A stretch of DNA of 64,000 nt, taken from contig JAYVOH010000098.1 of NCBI GenBank assembly GCA_043758025.1, forward strand, positions 199-64,198, written 5' to 3'. Positions 43,648 to 52,900 of this stretch are shown one piece after another. The notes below the pieces were generated by a model. It was not told the origin of the DNA and ran no database searches. It was given only the letters and a program-made list of their open reading frames with translations. The DNA comes from Verrucomicrobiota bacterium. GTDB taxonomy: Bacteria; Verrucomicrobiota; Verrucomicrobiia; Verrucomicrobiales; Verrucomicrobiaceae. The position numbers were made by a program, and so were the translations under genes. How positions within the stretch are numbered: position 1 is the stretch's first letter; every line of letters begins with the position of its first letter.

Positions 43648-45273
43648 CTAGTTTTTCCGTGACAAAAACAACTTCATCGACTGCGCCACATAAAAACCGG
43701 CGAGTTTGGCAAAGCCTGGCTCATTGATGATTTGATCCAGTTGATCGCGTGCTTCCTCCGGAGTTCCTTTGCGTTGCGCAAGTTCCGCGCGGTAGAGTGC
43801 GCAGCGAAGCTGGTCTTCCGGCACTGTGTTCAAGGAGCGGGCGTGCTGATAGAAATCATCCGCCTGACCGAAATTTCCCTCAAGCGTGGACAGCATCCCG
43901 GCCAGTTCAAGTAACAGCGGTTTTTTCATTTCCTCCGCAATGCGGACGATTTCCCGGTGAAATTTTTTTGTGTCATGCGGTAGAAAACGATGCGCCTGCT
44001 CCTGGTAAAGCGCGTAGTCTGCACCCGGCGACCCGCTCCCGGGCAGCGCGCGCTCCTTGCGAAATGGCTGGTAGAGAGGATCGCCGACCACCACGTTCAT
44101 CCATGAGAGCACCGGAGTGCCGCTCCATGCGGCCTCGCCCAGCGTGAAGCCTTCAAGCAGCCGCGCATTCATCAGGTCAAAGTGCGTGGTCAGCGTGAGG
44201 TAGGGTTCCCAGACATTTCCCAAGACCGCTGCTGCGCCGTGGTCGAGCATCGGCCCGCACCAGTTGTCTGTTTTCGTGCGCAGGGTGGCGGCGCTGAATG
44301 AATGAAGATGACACGCGATGGCTCCCGGCTTGAACCTGAATCCCGGTGATCCCAGGGCGCCGCTGCATTGGTCGTTATACCAGCCGAAGTAGAGAATCGT
44401 GTCCGGCAGCGGCCAGTTGCTGCGCAGGATTTCCTTGTTCCGGTCGGCATAGACAGGAATGCCTGCATCGCGAAAAAGTTTCACGCTGTTTCCCAGCCAG
44501 CGCTCGCCCTCGAGAAATGCTCCGTCTTTGAGGGCAAAGTCCACCACCGCGCGCCCCCACAAGCCTTCCTTCTCGGCCTTCAACGTTTCATTGATCATGC
44601 GCTTGACGATGTCATCGGTCGCCGCATCGAGGCGTCCGATGAGAAGCTGGCCGCGTGCCTCATAGTGATCGGCGAATCGGCGGGTGGATTGGTAGTATCG
44701 GTTTTCAATGCCGCCCTTGATAGGCCGCTGCATAAGTCCCAGCGCTGCCAGCTCGCTGTCCACGCTGGCCTCGTCGGTATCCATCACATTGGGCTTAGCC
44801 TCATGCGAGGCCCGGCTTACACGCAGCGGAATGCCGCGAATCAGCACCAGCACCCGCACGTTTTGGCTAACCACTTGCGGCCCCTGGCTGATCGGGCTGC
44901 CGTTTGGATCCAGCACATCGCGGGTCTCCACGACCCACCATTTCTTTTCGGTGAATTTTTTCAGCAAAGGTTCACGGATCGATTTTTCAAACTCATCCCG
45001 CGTGATGGTTTCTTCCTTGGAGCACTCGATGCCCACCACGCGATCATCTGGGATTAGTCTCAGGCCGGCGTAATATTTCGCCAGTGCTTCCGAGCCTTCA
45101 CATGCCGGATTGAAGACGACCACCGCTTCCTTGACCGGCTCCCATTCTCGCGCCGGAGTAGGGGCGGGCATCGCAGGTGGCGCTGCGGAAACCCGATGAA
45201 CACCCGCCAGTAGTGAAAGTAACAGCAGCTTTCTCAACAGGGCCGTGAAGCCCTGTCGTCGCGTGATTCTCAT
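43648..45273 (-). CDS. Secreted hypothetical protein with C-terminal TPR-like repeats (possibly TIGR03790-type family)
   Basis: Signal peptide after MRITRRQGFTALLRKLLLLSLLAGVHRVSA (the ORF opens at 45312). ..VVVFNPACEGSEALAKYYAGLRLIPDDRVV.. is recalled as typical of a Verrucomicrobia/Planctomycetes conserved family. That family call is from memory only. Confidence 0.65.
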   Translation of the reverse strand: MRITRRQGFTALLRKLLLLSLLAGVHRVSAAPPAMPAPTPAREWEPVKEAVVVFNPACEGSEALAKYYAGLRLIPDDRVVGIECSKEETITRDEFEKSIREPLLKKFTEKKWWVVETRDVLDPNGSPISQGPQVVSQNVRVLVLIRGIPLRVSRASHEAKPNVMDTDEASVDSELAALGLMQRPIKGGIENRYYQSTRRFADHYEARGQLLIGRLDAATDDIVKRMINETLKAEKEGLWGRAVVDFALKDGAFLEGERWLGNSVKLFRDAGIPVYADRNKEILRSNWPLPDTILYFGWYNDQCSGALGSPGFRFKPGAIACHLHSFSAATLRTKTDNWCGPMLDHGAAAVLGNVWEPYLTLTTHFDLMNARLLEGFTLGEAAWSGTPVLSWMNVVVGDPLYQPFRKERALPGSGSPGADYALYQEQAHRFLPHDTKKFHREIVRIAEEMKKPLLLELAGMLSTLEGNFGQADDFYQHARSLNTVPEDQLRCALYRAELAQRKGTPEEARDQLDQIINEPGFAKLAGFYVAQSMKLFLSRKN

Positions 45274-45301
45274 TTGAGTATGAACATTCATCACCATGCA
45301 A

Positions 45302-46093
45302 TCATGCATCATTCCAAGTCAGCCGGAGACCATCATAAGCGATCTTCACGCCATCCGGCAACTTCTGTTCCTCTCGTGCATGCATAATTTCGCACTGGAT
45401 GTGTGTGAACCAGGTCTGTCGTGCGCCAACATTCCCGGCAAACGCCAGCGCCTCCGGGAAGTTCATATGCGTGGGGTGCGGTGAGTGCCGCAGGGCGTCC
45501 ACAATGAGTGTGTCCACCCCGCTCAAGGCATCAATGGTTCCTGCAACCGCCTCCTTCATGTCGCTGATATACGCGCAAATTTTTCTGCCATGCCGCATAA
45601 ACAAAAACCCGATAGCTTCCACATTGCCATGTTTCACCGGGACTGGGATCACTTCCGTCTGTCCGATCTGGAACGGCCCGCTGATCGGCCGGGCCTCCGC
45701 TTTCAGATAGCCCCGCCAGCGGTTCACCGGATTGAAGCTGAAATAAAAGATGCGCTGCAGCGCCTCCAGCGTTTCCGGCAGTCCATACACCGGCATCACC
45801 GCCTCCTCGGGAATCGTGAACCGGCGCACATCATCAAAGCCGACGACATGATCAATGTGCGAATGCGTGAGCAGCACCGCATCCACGCGGCGAATGTTTT
45901 CCCGCAGGCATTGCGCGCGAAAGTCCGGCCCCGTATCCACCACGAAAGTGCATTCCGGCGTCTGGATGTAAATCGAGGATCGCAGGCGCTTGTCCCTTGG
46001 ATCAACGCTCCGGCAGGTCTCGCAGTCGCAGCCGATCATCGGCACGCCGACCGAGGTTCCGGTTCCGAGAAAGGTGAGTTCAAATGTGGACAT
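45302..46093 (-). CDS. MBL-fold metallo-hydrolase (PhnP-like)
   Basis: ..FLGTGTSVGVP..C.C..C.. then the HxHxDH motif THSHIDHVVG. 263 aa. Confidence 0.85.
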   Translation of the reverse strand: MSTFELTFLGTGTSVGVPMIGCDCETCRSVDPRDKRLRSSIYIQTPECTFVVDTGPDFRAQCLRENIRRVDAVLLTHSHIDHVVGFDDVRRFTIPEEAVMPVYGLPETLEALQRIFYFSFNPVNRWRGYLKAEARPISGPFQIGQTEVIPVPVKHGNVEAIGFLFMRHGRKICAYISDMKEAVAGTIDALSGVDTLIVDALRHSPHPTHMNFPEALAFAGNVGARQTWFTHIQCEIMHAREEQKLPDGVKIAYDGLRLTWNDA

Positions 46094-46144
46094 CGTTGCA
46101 AATTAATACGTGCTCTCTCATACTCTACCAGCCAGCTTCCTGCC

Positions 46145-47803
46145 ATGCTTTCCCTGCTGAAAATACAAAACCTCGCCCTCGTCGAAGATCTCGCATGGGA
46201 ACTAGACGCGGGACTTATCGGCGTCACCGGCGAAACGGGCGCGGGTAAGTCCATCATCGTCGGGGCCTTGAAGCTCATCCTCGGCGAGCGCGCGGATCGC
46301 GGGCTGATCCGCACCGGCGCGGACACCTGCACGGTGGAGGCGGTGTTTGATTTGAAAAAAACCGCGATCGTGGACGAAATCCTCACACAAAGCGGCCTCG
46401 ACAAGCTTGATGGAGAGCCGCTCATCATCCGCCGCGTCATCGGCGCGACCACGAACAAGCAGTTCGTCAACGGCTCGCCAGTCACCAGCGCGATGTTGAA
46501 GCAACTGGGCGAACATCTGGTCGATCTGCATGGCCCGCATGATCATCAATCGCTTAATTCAAAAGAACGCCAGCTTGAAATGCTCGACGCCTACGCGGCG
46601 ATCGATGATTTGGCGGACAAATATCAAGTCGCATTTGCCACCTGGCGTCGCCTTCAGTCCGAGCACGACGAACTCGCGAACGCCGGTCGCGCCACGGAGC
46701 AGGAAATGGACATGCTCCGCTTCCAGATCAAAGACATCGCCGATGCGGATTTGCAGGACGGCGAGGAAGAGGAAATCGAATCACGGCATCGCATCGCCGC
46801 CAACAGCACGCGCCTCATCGAGCTCTGCGGCGGCATCGCCGAACGGCTCGGTGAAGGTGAGAATGGTCTCATGACCGCGCTGCGCGAAGTTGCGAAGATG
46901 GTGCATGAGCTGGAGAAATACGATCCGAAGCTCGCTGAAATATTTGGCGGCTTTGAGTCCGCGCATATCGAGTTGCGAGAGATGGAAAGCTCCGTGCGCG
47001 ACTACGCCGAGGGTATCGAAATCCAGCCGGACGAACTCGCGCGTCTGGAGCAGCGCATTCACACCATCCAGATGCTGAAGCGAAAATACGGCGCGACCGT
47101 CAAAGACATTCTCGCATTCAAGGAACAGGCCGAGGGTAAACTCGCGAAGATGGAAAATCGCGGTGACGTCCTCGAAAAATTCCGCCATCAAGCCGATGCC
47201 GCGCGCACCGAAGTCGGCAAAGTCGGCACCCAGCTTTCCATGAAGCGTAAATCCGCCGCGCCCAAGCTCGCCAAAGATATCAGCGCTCATCTCGCCGATC
47301 TCGGCTTCCAGCGCGCCGTGTTTGAAGTGCCTCTCATCAAGCGTGACGAACCAGCACGTGACGGGCTCGAAGAATGTGATTTTCAGTTTGCGCCGAATCC
47401 CGGCGAACCGCTCAAGCCCCTGCGTCTGACTGCATCCAGCGGTGAAATGAGCCGCGTGCTGCTCGCCGTGAAAAGCGCGCTCGCCAAACAGGATGCCATC
47501 CCGCTCATGGTCTTCGATGAAATCGACGCCAACGTCGGCGGTGCCATCTCCGAGGCCGTCGGTCGCAATATGGCCGCGCTCGCTGAACGCCACCAAGTCA
47601 TCGCCATCACCCACATGCCGCAGCTCGCGAGCCTGGCGAAGACCCAGTTCGTCGTGACCAAGGAATTCGACGACAAACGCACGCGCTCTACGATCACCGA
47701 AGTCAAAGGCAAAGACCGCGTCGCCGAACTCGCGCGGATGCTCGGTGGAAAAGCCGAGAGCGCCAGGGCACACGCGGAGAATTTGCTTGCCGCAAGACGA
47801 TAA
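46145..47803 (+). CDS. recN: DNA repair protein RecN
   Basis: MLSLLKIQNLALVEDL.., Walker A GETGAGKS, long coiled coil, signature ..SGGEMSRV.. and Walker B MVFDEIDA. The start at ATG 46145 was chosen over the artefactual long ORF from 45485. Confidence 0.9.
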   Translation: MLSLLKIQNLALVEDLAWELDAGLIGVTGETGAGKSIIVGALKLILGERADRGLIRTGADTCTVEAVFDLKKTAIVDEILTQSGLDKLDGEPLIIRRVIGATTNKQFVNGSPVTSAMLKQLGEHLVDLHGPHDHQSLNSKERQLEMLDAYAAIDDLADKYQVAFATWRRLQSEHDELANAGRATEQEMDMLRFQIKDIADADLQDGEEEEIESRHRIAANSTRLIELCGGIAERLGEGENGLMTALREVAKMVHELEKYDPKLAEIFGGFESAHIELREMESSVRDYAEGIEIQPDELARLEQRIHTIQMLKRKYGATVKDILAFKEQAEGKLAKMENRGDVLEKFRHQADAARTEVGKVGTQLSMKRKSAAPKLAKDISAHLADLGFQRAVFEVPLIKRDEPARDGLEECDFQFAPNPGEPLKPLRLTASSGEMSRVLLAVKSALAKQDAIPLMVFDEIDANVGGAISEAVGRNMAALAERHQVIAITHMPQLASLAKTQFVVTKEFDDKRTRSTITEVKGKDRVAELARMLGGKAESARAHAENLLAARR

Positions 47804-47824
47804 TGATTTTTATTAGACAACAGT

Positions 47825-48436
47825 ATGTTGGAGCCAGCAATTGAATCATCAAAAAGTCTAGAGCATTTCCAGATGGGAAGGTGCCATGCAGTCCTTATTG
47901 GGAATATTGTGACAAGCGGGTTTGTTGAGTATGAGTTTATCATGGCTGTCTCTGATGAGGATAGTAATCCATGCTATTATGTAACTTCAGAGATCAATAA
48001 TACAGGCCGCGCTAACATGGGTTCGCATTTCCTCTGTGCATTCGAGGGTGCTTTGCATGTCAATTATGGATGCTCAGATGATTGGGCAGACCAATCAAAA
48101 TTTAGATCAGAAGCCCTCATAATGGTTTGCAAGCATCTAGGATTTGATTCAAGCGACATTAAATCTTCACGCATTAGCTATGACACGTTGAAGAAAATTG
48201 ATCCGATTGTAAAGTTGGTTTGTATTGCTGGTAGGGACACTTCATTGGCTTTTCAGCATGATAACAGCCTCAAGTGGGAGCACGCGCAGAGGTGGTGCGC
48301 CATGTGCGGGTCGATACCCGCGTTTGCATTTGTCATTATGCGGGAGGCTTATATGTCTGGTGGCACGACCCCGTCCTCCGACCAAATAGCTTTTTTTCAA
48401 GTCGATAGAGAACATTCTTTTCGAGCTATATGGTAA
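47825..48436 (+). CDS. Hypothetical protein (AT-rich orphan)
   Basis: 203-aa ORF in a markedly AT-rich stretch. No family recognised. Confidence 0.5.
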   Translation: MLEPAIESSKSLEHFQMGRCHAVLIGNIVTSGFVEYEFIMAVSDEDSNPCYYVTSEINNTGRANMGSHFLCAFEGALHVNYGCSDDWADQSKFRSEALIMVCKHLGFDSSDIKSSRISYDTLKKIDPIVKLVCIAGRDTSLAFQHDNSLKWEHAQRWCAMCGSIPAFAFVIMREAYMSGGTTPSSDQIAFFQVDREHSFRAIW

Positions 48437-48542
48437 CGACAAGTCATCTTACACCGTCACCATTAAGTCGTGTTTACTTCTGAAATCAGAATGTGAAATC
48501 GTTTGTAATGCTCTGGGTGTCACATCAGACACATTAGTCACC

Positions 48543-48809
48543 ATGGACATGATACTTGGTGTAATTTTTCCTGAACGATTGGCCAGATACCAGGTTGATT
48601 GGGCTGACGGCTTTACTTCTCGTTCAGGTTGTGGCCCTGCGGTGTATGCGGCAATGCGCCTGACGGCAGACTTAACGGGAGTTGTGACGCCAAATTCCTT
48701 AGTAGGTCACACTGCTGATGAGCTAGGCCTCATGAGTTTTGGTTCTGCATTAGTAGTCCTTACAGATTTTGTAGCTTCATATATTTCGGAATGCCCTAAC
48801 CGCCAATGA
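48543..48809 (+). CDS. Hypothetical protein
   Basis: 88-aa ORF in AT-rich context. Weak support. Confidence 0.35.
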   Translation: MDMILGVIFPERLARYQVDWADGFTSRSGCGPAVYAAMRLTADLTGVVTPNSLVGHTADELGLMSFGSALVVLTDFVASYISECPNRQ

Positions 48810-48957
48810 ATGAACCCAAGACGCAAGGCGGTGTCGTGGCGCAGCTATGATCGGCACGGACGGTCGCTTCACTGCATCGGGTGCTCCGGCTCGATGAAAT
48901 CGTCGTGCCTTGCTGTTTTCGATATTGATGAACTTTGGTCTCAACGCATTCCCTATG

Positions 48958-49639
48958 TCCCAACGGGACATCAGCCTCCAGCCCAAGGTTGCCGCTCGGC
49001 GGCTACCTTGGGTAACGGGTTTCCCCATGATGGATCAACCCTGAAGGGGTTGCAGCAGTGCTGCCCTGAACGATCAATCCCACACATAACGCTCATCGAA
49101 ATCCATTTCATGTTTGCGGAACATCGCTCGCAGTTCGTCCTGAAAGCTCAGCTTGCGATGATGTTCCTCCTGCCGAGCGACGTAATCCCGCACGCGGCTC
49201 AAACTGGACTGGCTTACGGAGAAGACGGCATAGCCGCCCTGCCATTGAAAATCACGCCAGTTCGTTCCGTGCTCCTGCAGCCAGAGATTGGACGATCGCT
49301 TAATTTCCTTCACCCAGTCGGCGATGGAAATAGTCCGGCCGAATCGTGCGAGGATGTGGACATGATCCTCCACTCCGCCGATGAGGATCGGGGCGCATTC
49401 GAGCCGTTTGGAGATGCCGCCGAGGTATTCATGCAGCGAGGCGCGCACGGCCTCATCGTGCAGCCAAGGGCGACGCTCCTTGGTGGAAAATACGAGGTGC
49501 AGATAAACCGTGGCGAGTGATTGCGGCATGATCTTTAAGAGGCTGCAACCCCGTTAGGGTTGGGCGATTGGATAATCTTATACCCAAGGTAGCAGCAAGC
49601 TGCAACCTTGGGCTGGAGGCCGAAATCCCGTTGGGATTT
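48958..49639. mobile_element. IS200-like Y1 transposase (RAYT-type) unit flanked by ~100-bp inverted hairpin arrays
   Basis: The left arm (48958-49056) is the reverse complement of the right arm (49542-49639) with few mismatches. Examples are CCTCCAGCCCAAGGTTGC / GCAACCTTGGGCTGGAGG and CAACCCTGAAGGGGTTGCAGC / GCTGCAACCCCGTTAGGGTTG. Each arm contains three short hairpins. Confidence 0.8.
49074..49529 (-). CDS. IS200/IS605-family Y1 (HUH) transposase, REP-associated tyrosine transposase-like
   Basis: 151 aa; ..YLHLVFSTKERRP.., HUH motif VEDHVHIL, and ..QWQGGYAVFSVS.. with the catalytic Tyr region. Confidence 0.85.
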   Translation of the reverse strand: MPQSLATVYLHLVFSTKERRPWLHDEAVRASLHEYLGGISKRLECAPILIGGVEDHVHILARFGRTISIADWVKEIKRSSNLWLQEHGTNWRDFQWQGGYAVFSVSQSSLSRVRDYVARQEEHHRKLSFQDELRAMFRKHEMDFDERYVWD

Positions 49640-49933
49640 GGAATTGTGCGTGGCAATCATCGCTGGGTGTTTTTGAATTCCGCACAATTGATCGGCGACC
49701 AAAACAGAAAGGCATGAAGGAGCGCGAACATGATGGAACCTGCCCGCCGAGACCTCCTGCGGCACTGTAAATCTATAATCAAGGCATGCGGTTTCAAAAA
49801 AATCCCCCAGATGTGTCCCACCCTTCGGAGATCACCGGCTCCCCGCCTCACTTCGTCAGCCACACACGTTTTCCTTGGCATCTGTCTTTGATGATTGGTG
49901 CAAAGCCTGGTATTTCATCGTATTCTCTACTTG

Positions 49934-52900
49934 ATGAAGTTCCCGCTGCAAACGATGCAGGCCATCAGTTTCGGCTGGTTGCTCATGGCTGTCTTGTTAT
50001 GCGCCGCAGACCCGCAGCCATGGGTGGAGAAGGACACCCGGCTGGCGACGGAGTATTTGAAAATGCTGGTTGAGAAGCCGGAATATGGGCGCGTGCTTGA
50101 TCTGCTCTGGGAACTTTACGACAAGCACGGATCATCTGCCCTGTTGCTCGACAGCATCAACGCGCAAGTGAAGCAGCAAGCGCATCCGAATGTGCTGCTG
50201 GTTCAGGCGCACTTGCTCCGCAAGGCGGGTCACGTTGATGAGGCGGCGCTGGATTATCGCGCGATACTTGTGAAGGAACCGAACAACACGGTCGCTCTGC
50301 GCGGACTGGCGGACATTTTGCTGGAGCAATCGAAGCGTGAGGAGGCGTTGCAAATTTTAAGACTCCTCGCGGCGACCTTGCCCCATAACGATCCGCAGCG
50401 TGGACCTTTGCTTTTGGAGCAGGGAAAAATCGCACTGCAAATTGGAAAACGTGATGGTGCGGCGGCGGCGTGGGAGGAGGCCGTGAAGCTACAGCCGGAC
50501 AATGTCGCGCTGGTGCGTGAAGTTGCGCAGTTATTTCTGGGTGCGGGATTTTTGGAGAAGGCTCTCGAACTGCAGCGGCAGATCGCGCGCTCAACGGATC
50601 CGGTGAAGAGACTCGATGCACTCCTTGAACTCTCACGCATTGAGGAACAGAGCGACCATTTCTCCGAGGCCAAGGCCGCGCTGCACAATGGTATAGCTCT
50701 ACTGCATTACAAAGAAGGCCGTTATGAAATGTTTTTTCAACGTATGGTGAAACTGCATGAGCGCTTCGGACAGCTTGATGCCTTGAAATCTGAACTGCTC
50801 AAGGCGGCGGAACCCAAGCCAGTGCCGGAGAAGGCGTTGATGGACTTGGAACATTTTTTTGCGATCACCGTCGAGCCGGAGCAGCGCATCATCTGGTTGC
50901 GCATATTGGCGCAAACTTTTCCGCAAAACAACGAACACATCTGGAAACTCGTGGGCGCGCTGCTCGATCACGAAGGCAACGCGGAAGCGGCGCAACTCCT
51001 CGATGCCCGGTTAAAAAATGACGGCACTGATTTCGCCAGCGTCGTATTGATGCGGTGTGCCGCCCATTTGCAAGCGGGCGAAGCAGATCAGGCCGCTGCG
51101 CGACTGGGTAAACTTCTGGAAGTTCAGAACGCGAATGCGGATGTGGAAAAACAGGTGCTCGCCTTTGCCCAACAGAAGTCGCTCGATGCCGTCACGGAGC
51201 AGCTGTTACGGGGGCGCTTGGCGCGCGATCCGGCCAAGGCGGAGCCGGTGTTTGAACTTGCCGCCTTTCTTCGCGCGCGCGGACGTGGACGGGAATCAGG
51301 AGCACTGTTTGATGCCTTCGTTGCGGCTGCACCGCCTGCGGAAAAATTGCGCCACATGAATGACGTGGCCGGATTTCTGGCCAATGGCGGCGACCCTGAC
51401 GCGGCGGAAGATGCGGCGCGCAGGGCATTGAAACAACGGAACGCAGGTCGCGATGAGATCATCCGCCTTGCTGATGTGCTCTCACAGAATGAAAAAAACG
51501 GCGAGGCACTTTCGCTACTGGAACAGGCCTGGGTGTTGAGTGACAGCACCGACAAGCGGATGGAGACTGATGAGCGTATTCTGGCGTTGCTTTCAGGCGG
51601 GCCGGCACCGAAGACGGCACCACCTGCGGCTGTGACCGACTTCAAGCTGCCTGCGTTTTTCACCCCCGGATTCGGTTCCGATGCCCCGACCGAGAAACGC
51701 GCCACTGTGGCGAGGGCGGCTGTTGAATATGCCGTGGCGCAGGCTGCTGTGGTTAAGTTTAAGTCCCGTCAGTTCGAAATTCCCCATGGAATATTTCGAC
51801 TGTGGCCCATCGGAGACTTGGAGGGCGCGTGGAATATCCTCCTGCAAAATTTTCCTGCCGCCACGCCGGAGCGTATGTTGCGCGCCGCATGGTGGTGCTT
51901 CCGCTCCGACCAGACAGAACTCGCCTACGCCGTGGTGTGGAATCTTATATTCGATGACAGAGGTCGTCGCGTAACCGCATCGACTGAAGTTGAGAAGTTG
52001 CTGCTGGATATTGCGCTTGCGGATAAGAACTCGTTTCTCGCCATCCGTCAGTTGAGGCTGCTTTCAGAAATCGATCCCGAAAATCGCACCGCTCACCAAC
52101 TGCGACTGGCCGAGCAGCAAATGGCGCGGGAGGGCGCGGCGGGGCGCGGGGAGGCGATGGGCATTCTGGAATCCCTTGCGAGGTCAGTGCCGCAGAATGA
52201 ATCAGTGCTTTCCGCACTCGCCCAATGTTATAAGGTCGAGGGCCGTCGCGACAAGGTGCTTGCTCTCTGGGAAAATGCCGTGCGCAGCACGAGGACACCG
52301 CTGGCAACGCTTCAGGAACATCACGCGGAGGCACTTATGGAGCAGCATAAGTTCAAGGAGTTCATCGAAATCCAAATGCGATTGATCGAGTCAGAAACCG
52401 ATCTGAAGCGGAGACGGGAAAATTTTCAGCGCGCCTTGGAACGATTGATGTGGGCTGATTCCTTGCAAGGCGAGCTGCCGGATGATGAGAAAAAAAAGCG
52501 CCTCACTCTGGTGGCGGGTGCACTCAAAGAACGATCACAGCAACATTCTTTCGAGGGCTTCTGGTTTGAGGCGCTTGCGAGAATCTATGAGCGTCAGGGT
52601 GATCCCGCCAAGGCATTTGCTGCCATGAAACAGGCTTACTACACAACTCCAGATGCGCCGTATTCGCTGGAGGAGCTTCGATCCGCCGCGCAGAGGGCGG
52701 GGGACTTGAAGATCTCGATATATTTTCAGAAGCAAATCGCCGCTGGTGCCCCGGCAAAAAACTCGGCCGCCGAATGGCGCGAACTGGTGCAGCTGCTTGA
52801 GCAGGATTTTCGCATCACGGAAGCAGATCAGGTTCGCCGTCAGTTGGAAACTCGTTCCTCCCAGAATTTTGCCGCGTTGGACGATCTGGCAAAATATTAT

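Noticed and set aside
45485-46144. N-terminal 220 aa of the 772-aa ORF 45485-47803
   Set aside because: This part is antisense to the well-supported MBL-fold hydrolase gene and has no protein-like features. RecN homology begins at MLSLLKIQNL (ATG 46145).
46781-47943. Minus-strand ORFs of 330 and 186 aa opposite recN
   Set aside because: They are antisense artefacts of the recN coiled-coil coding region.
48810-49520. 236-aa plus-strand ORF spanning the RAYT unit
   Set aside because: It runs antisense through the Y1 transposase gene and across the hairpin arrays. The transposase on the minus strand has clear HUH/Y1 motifs.
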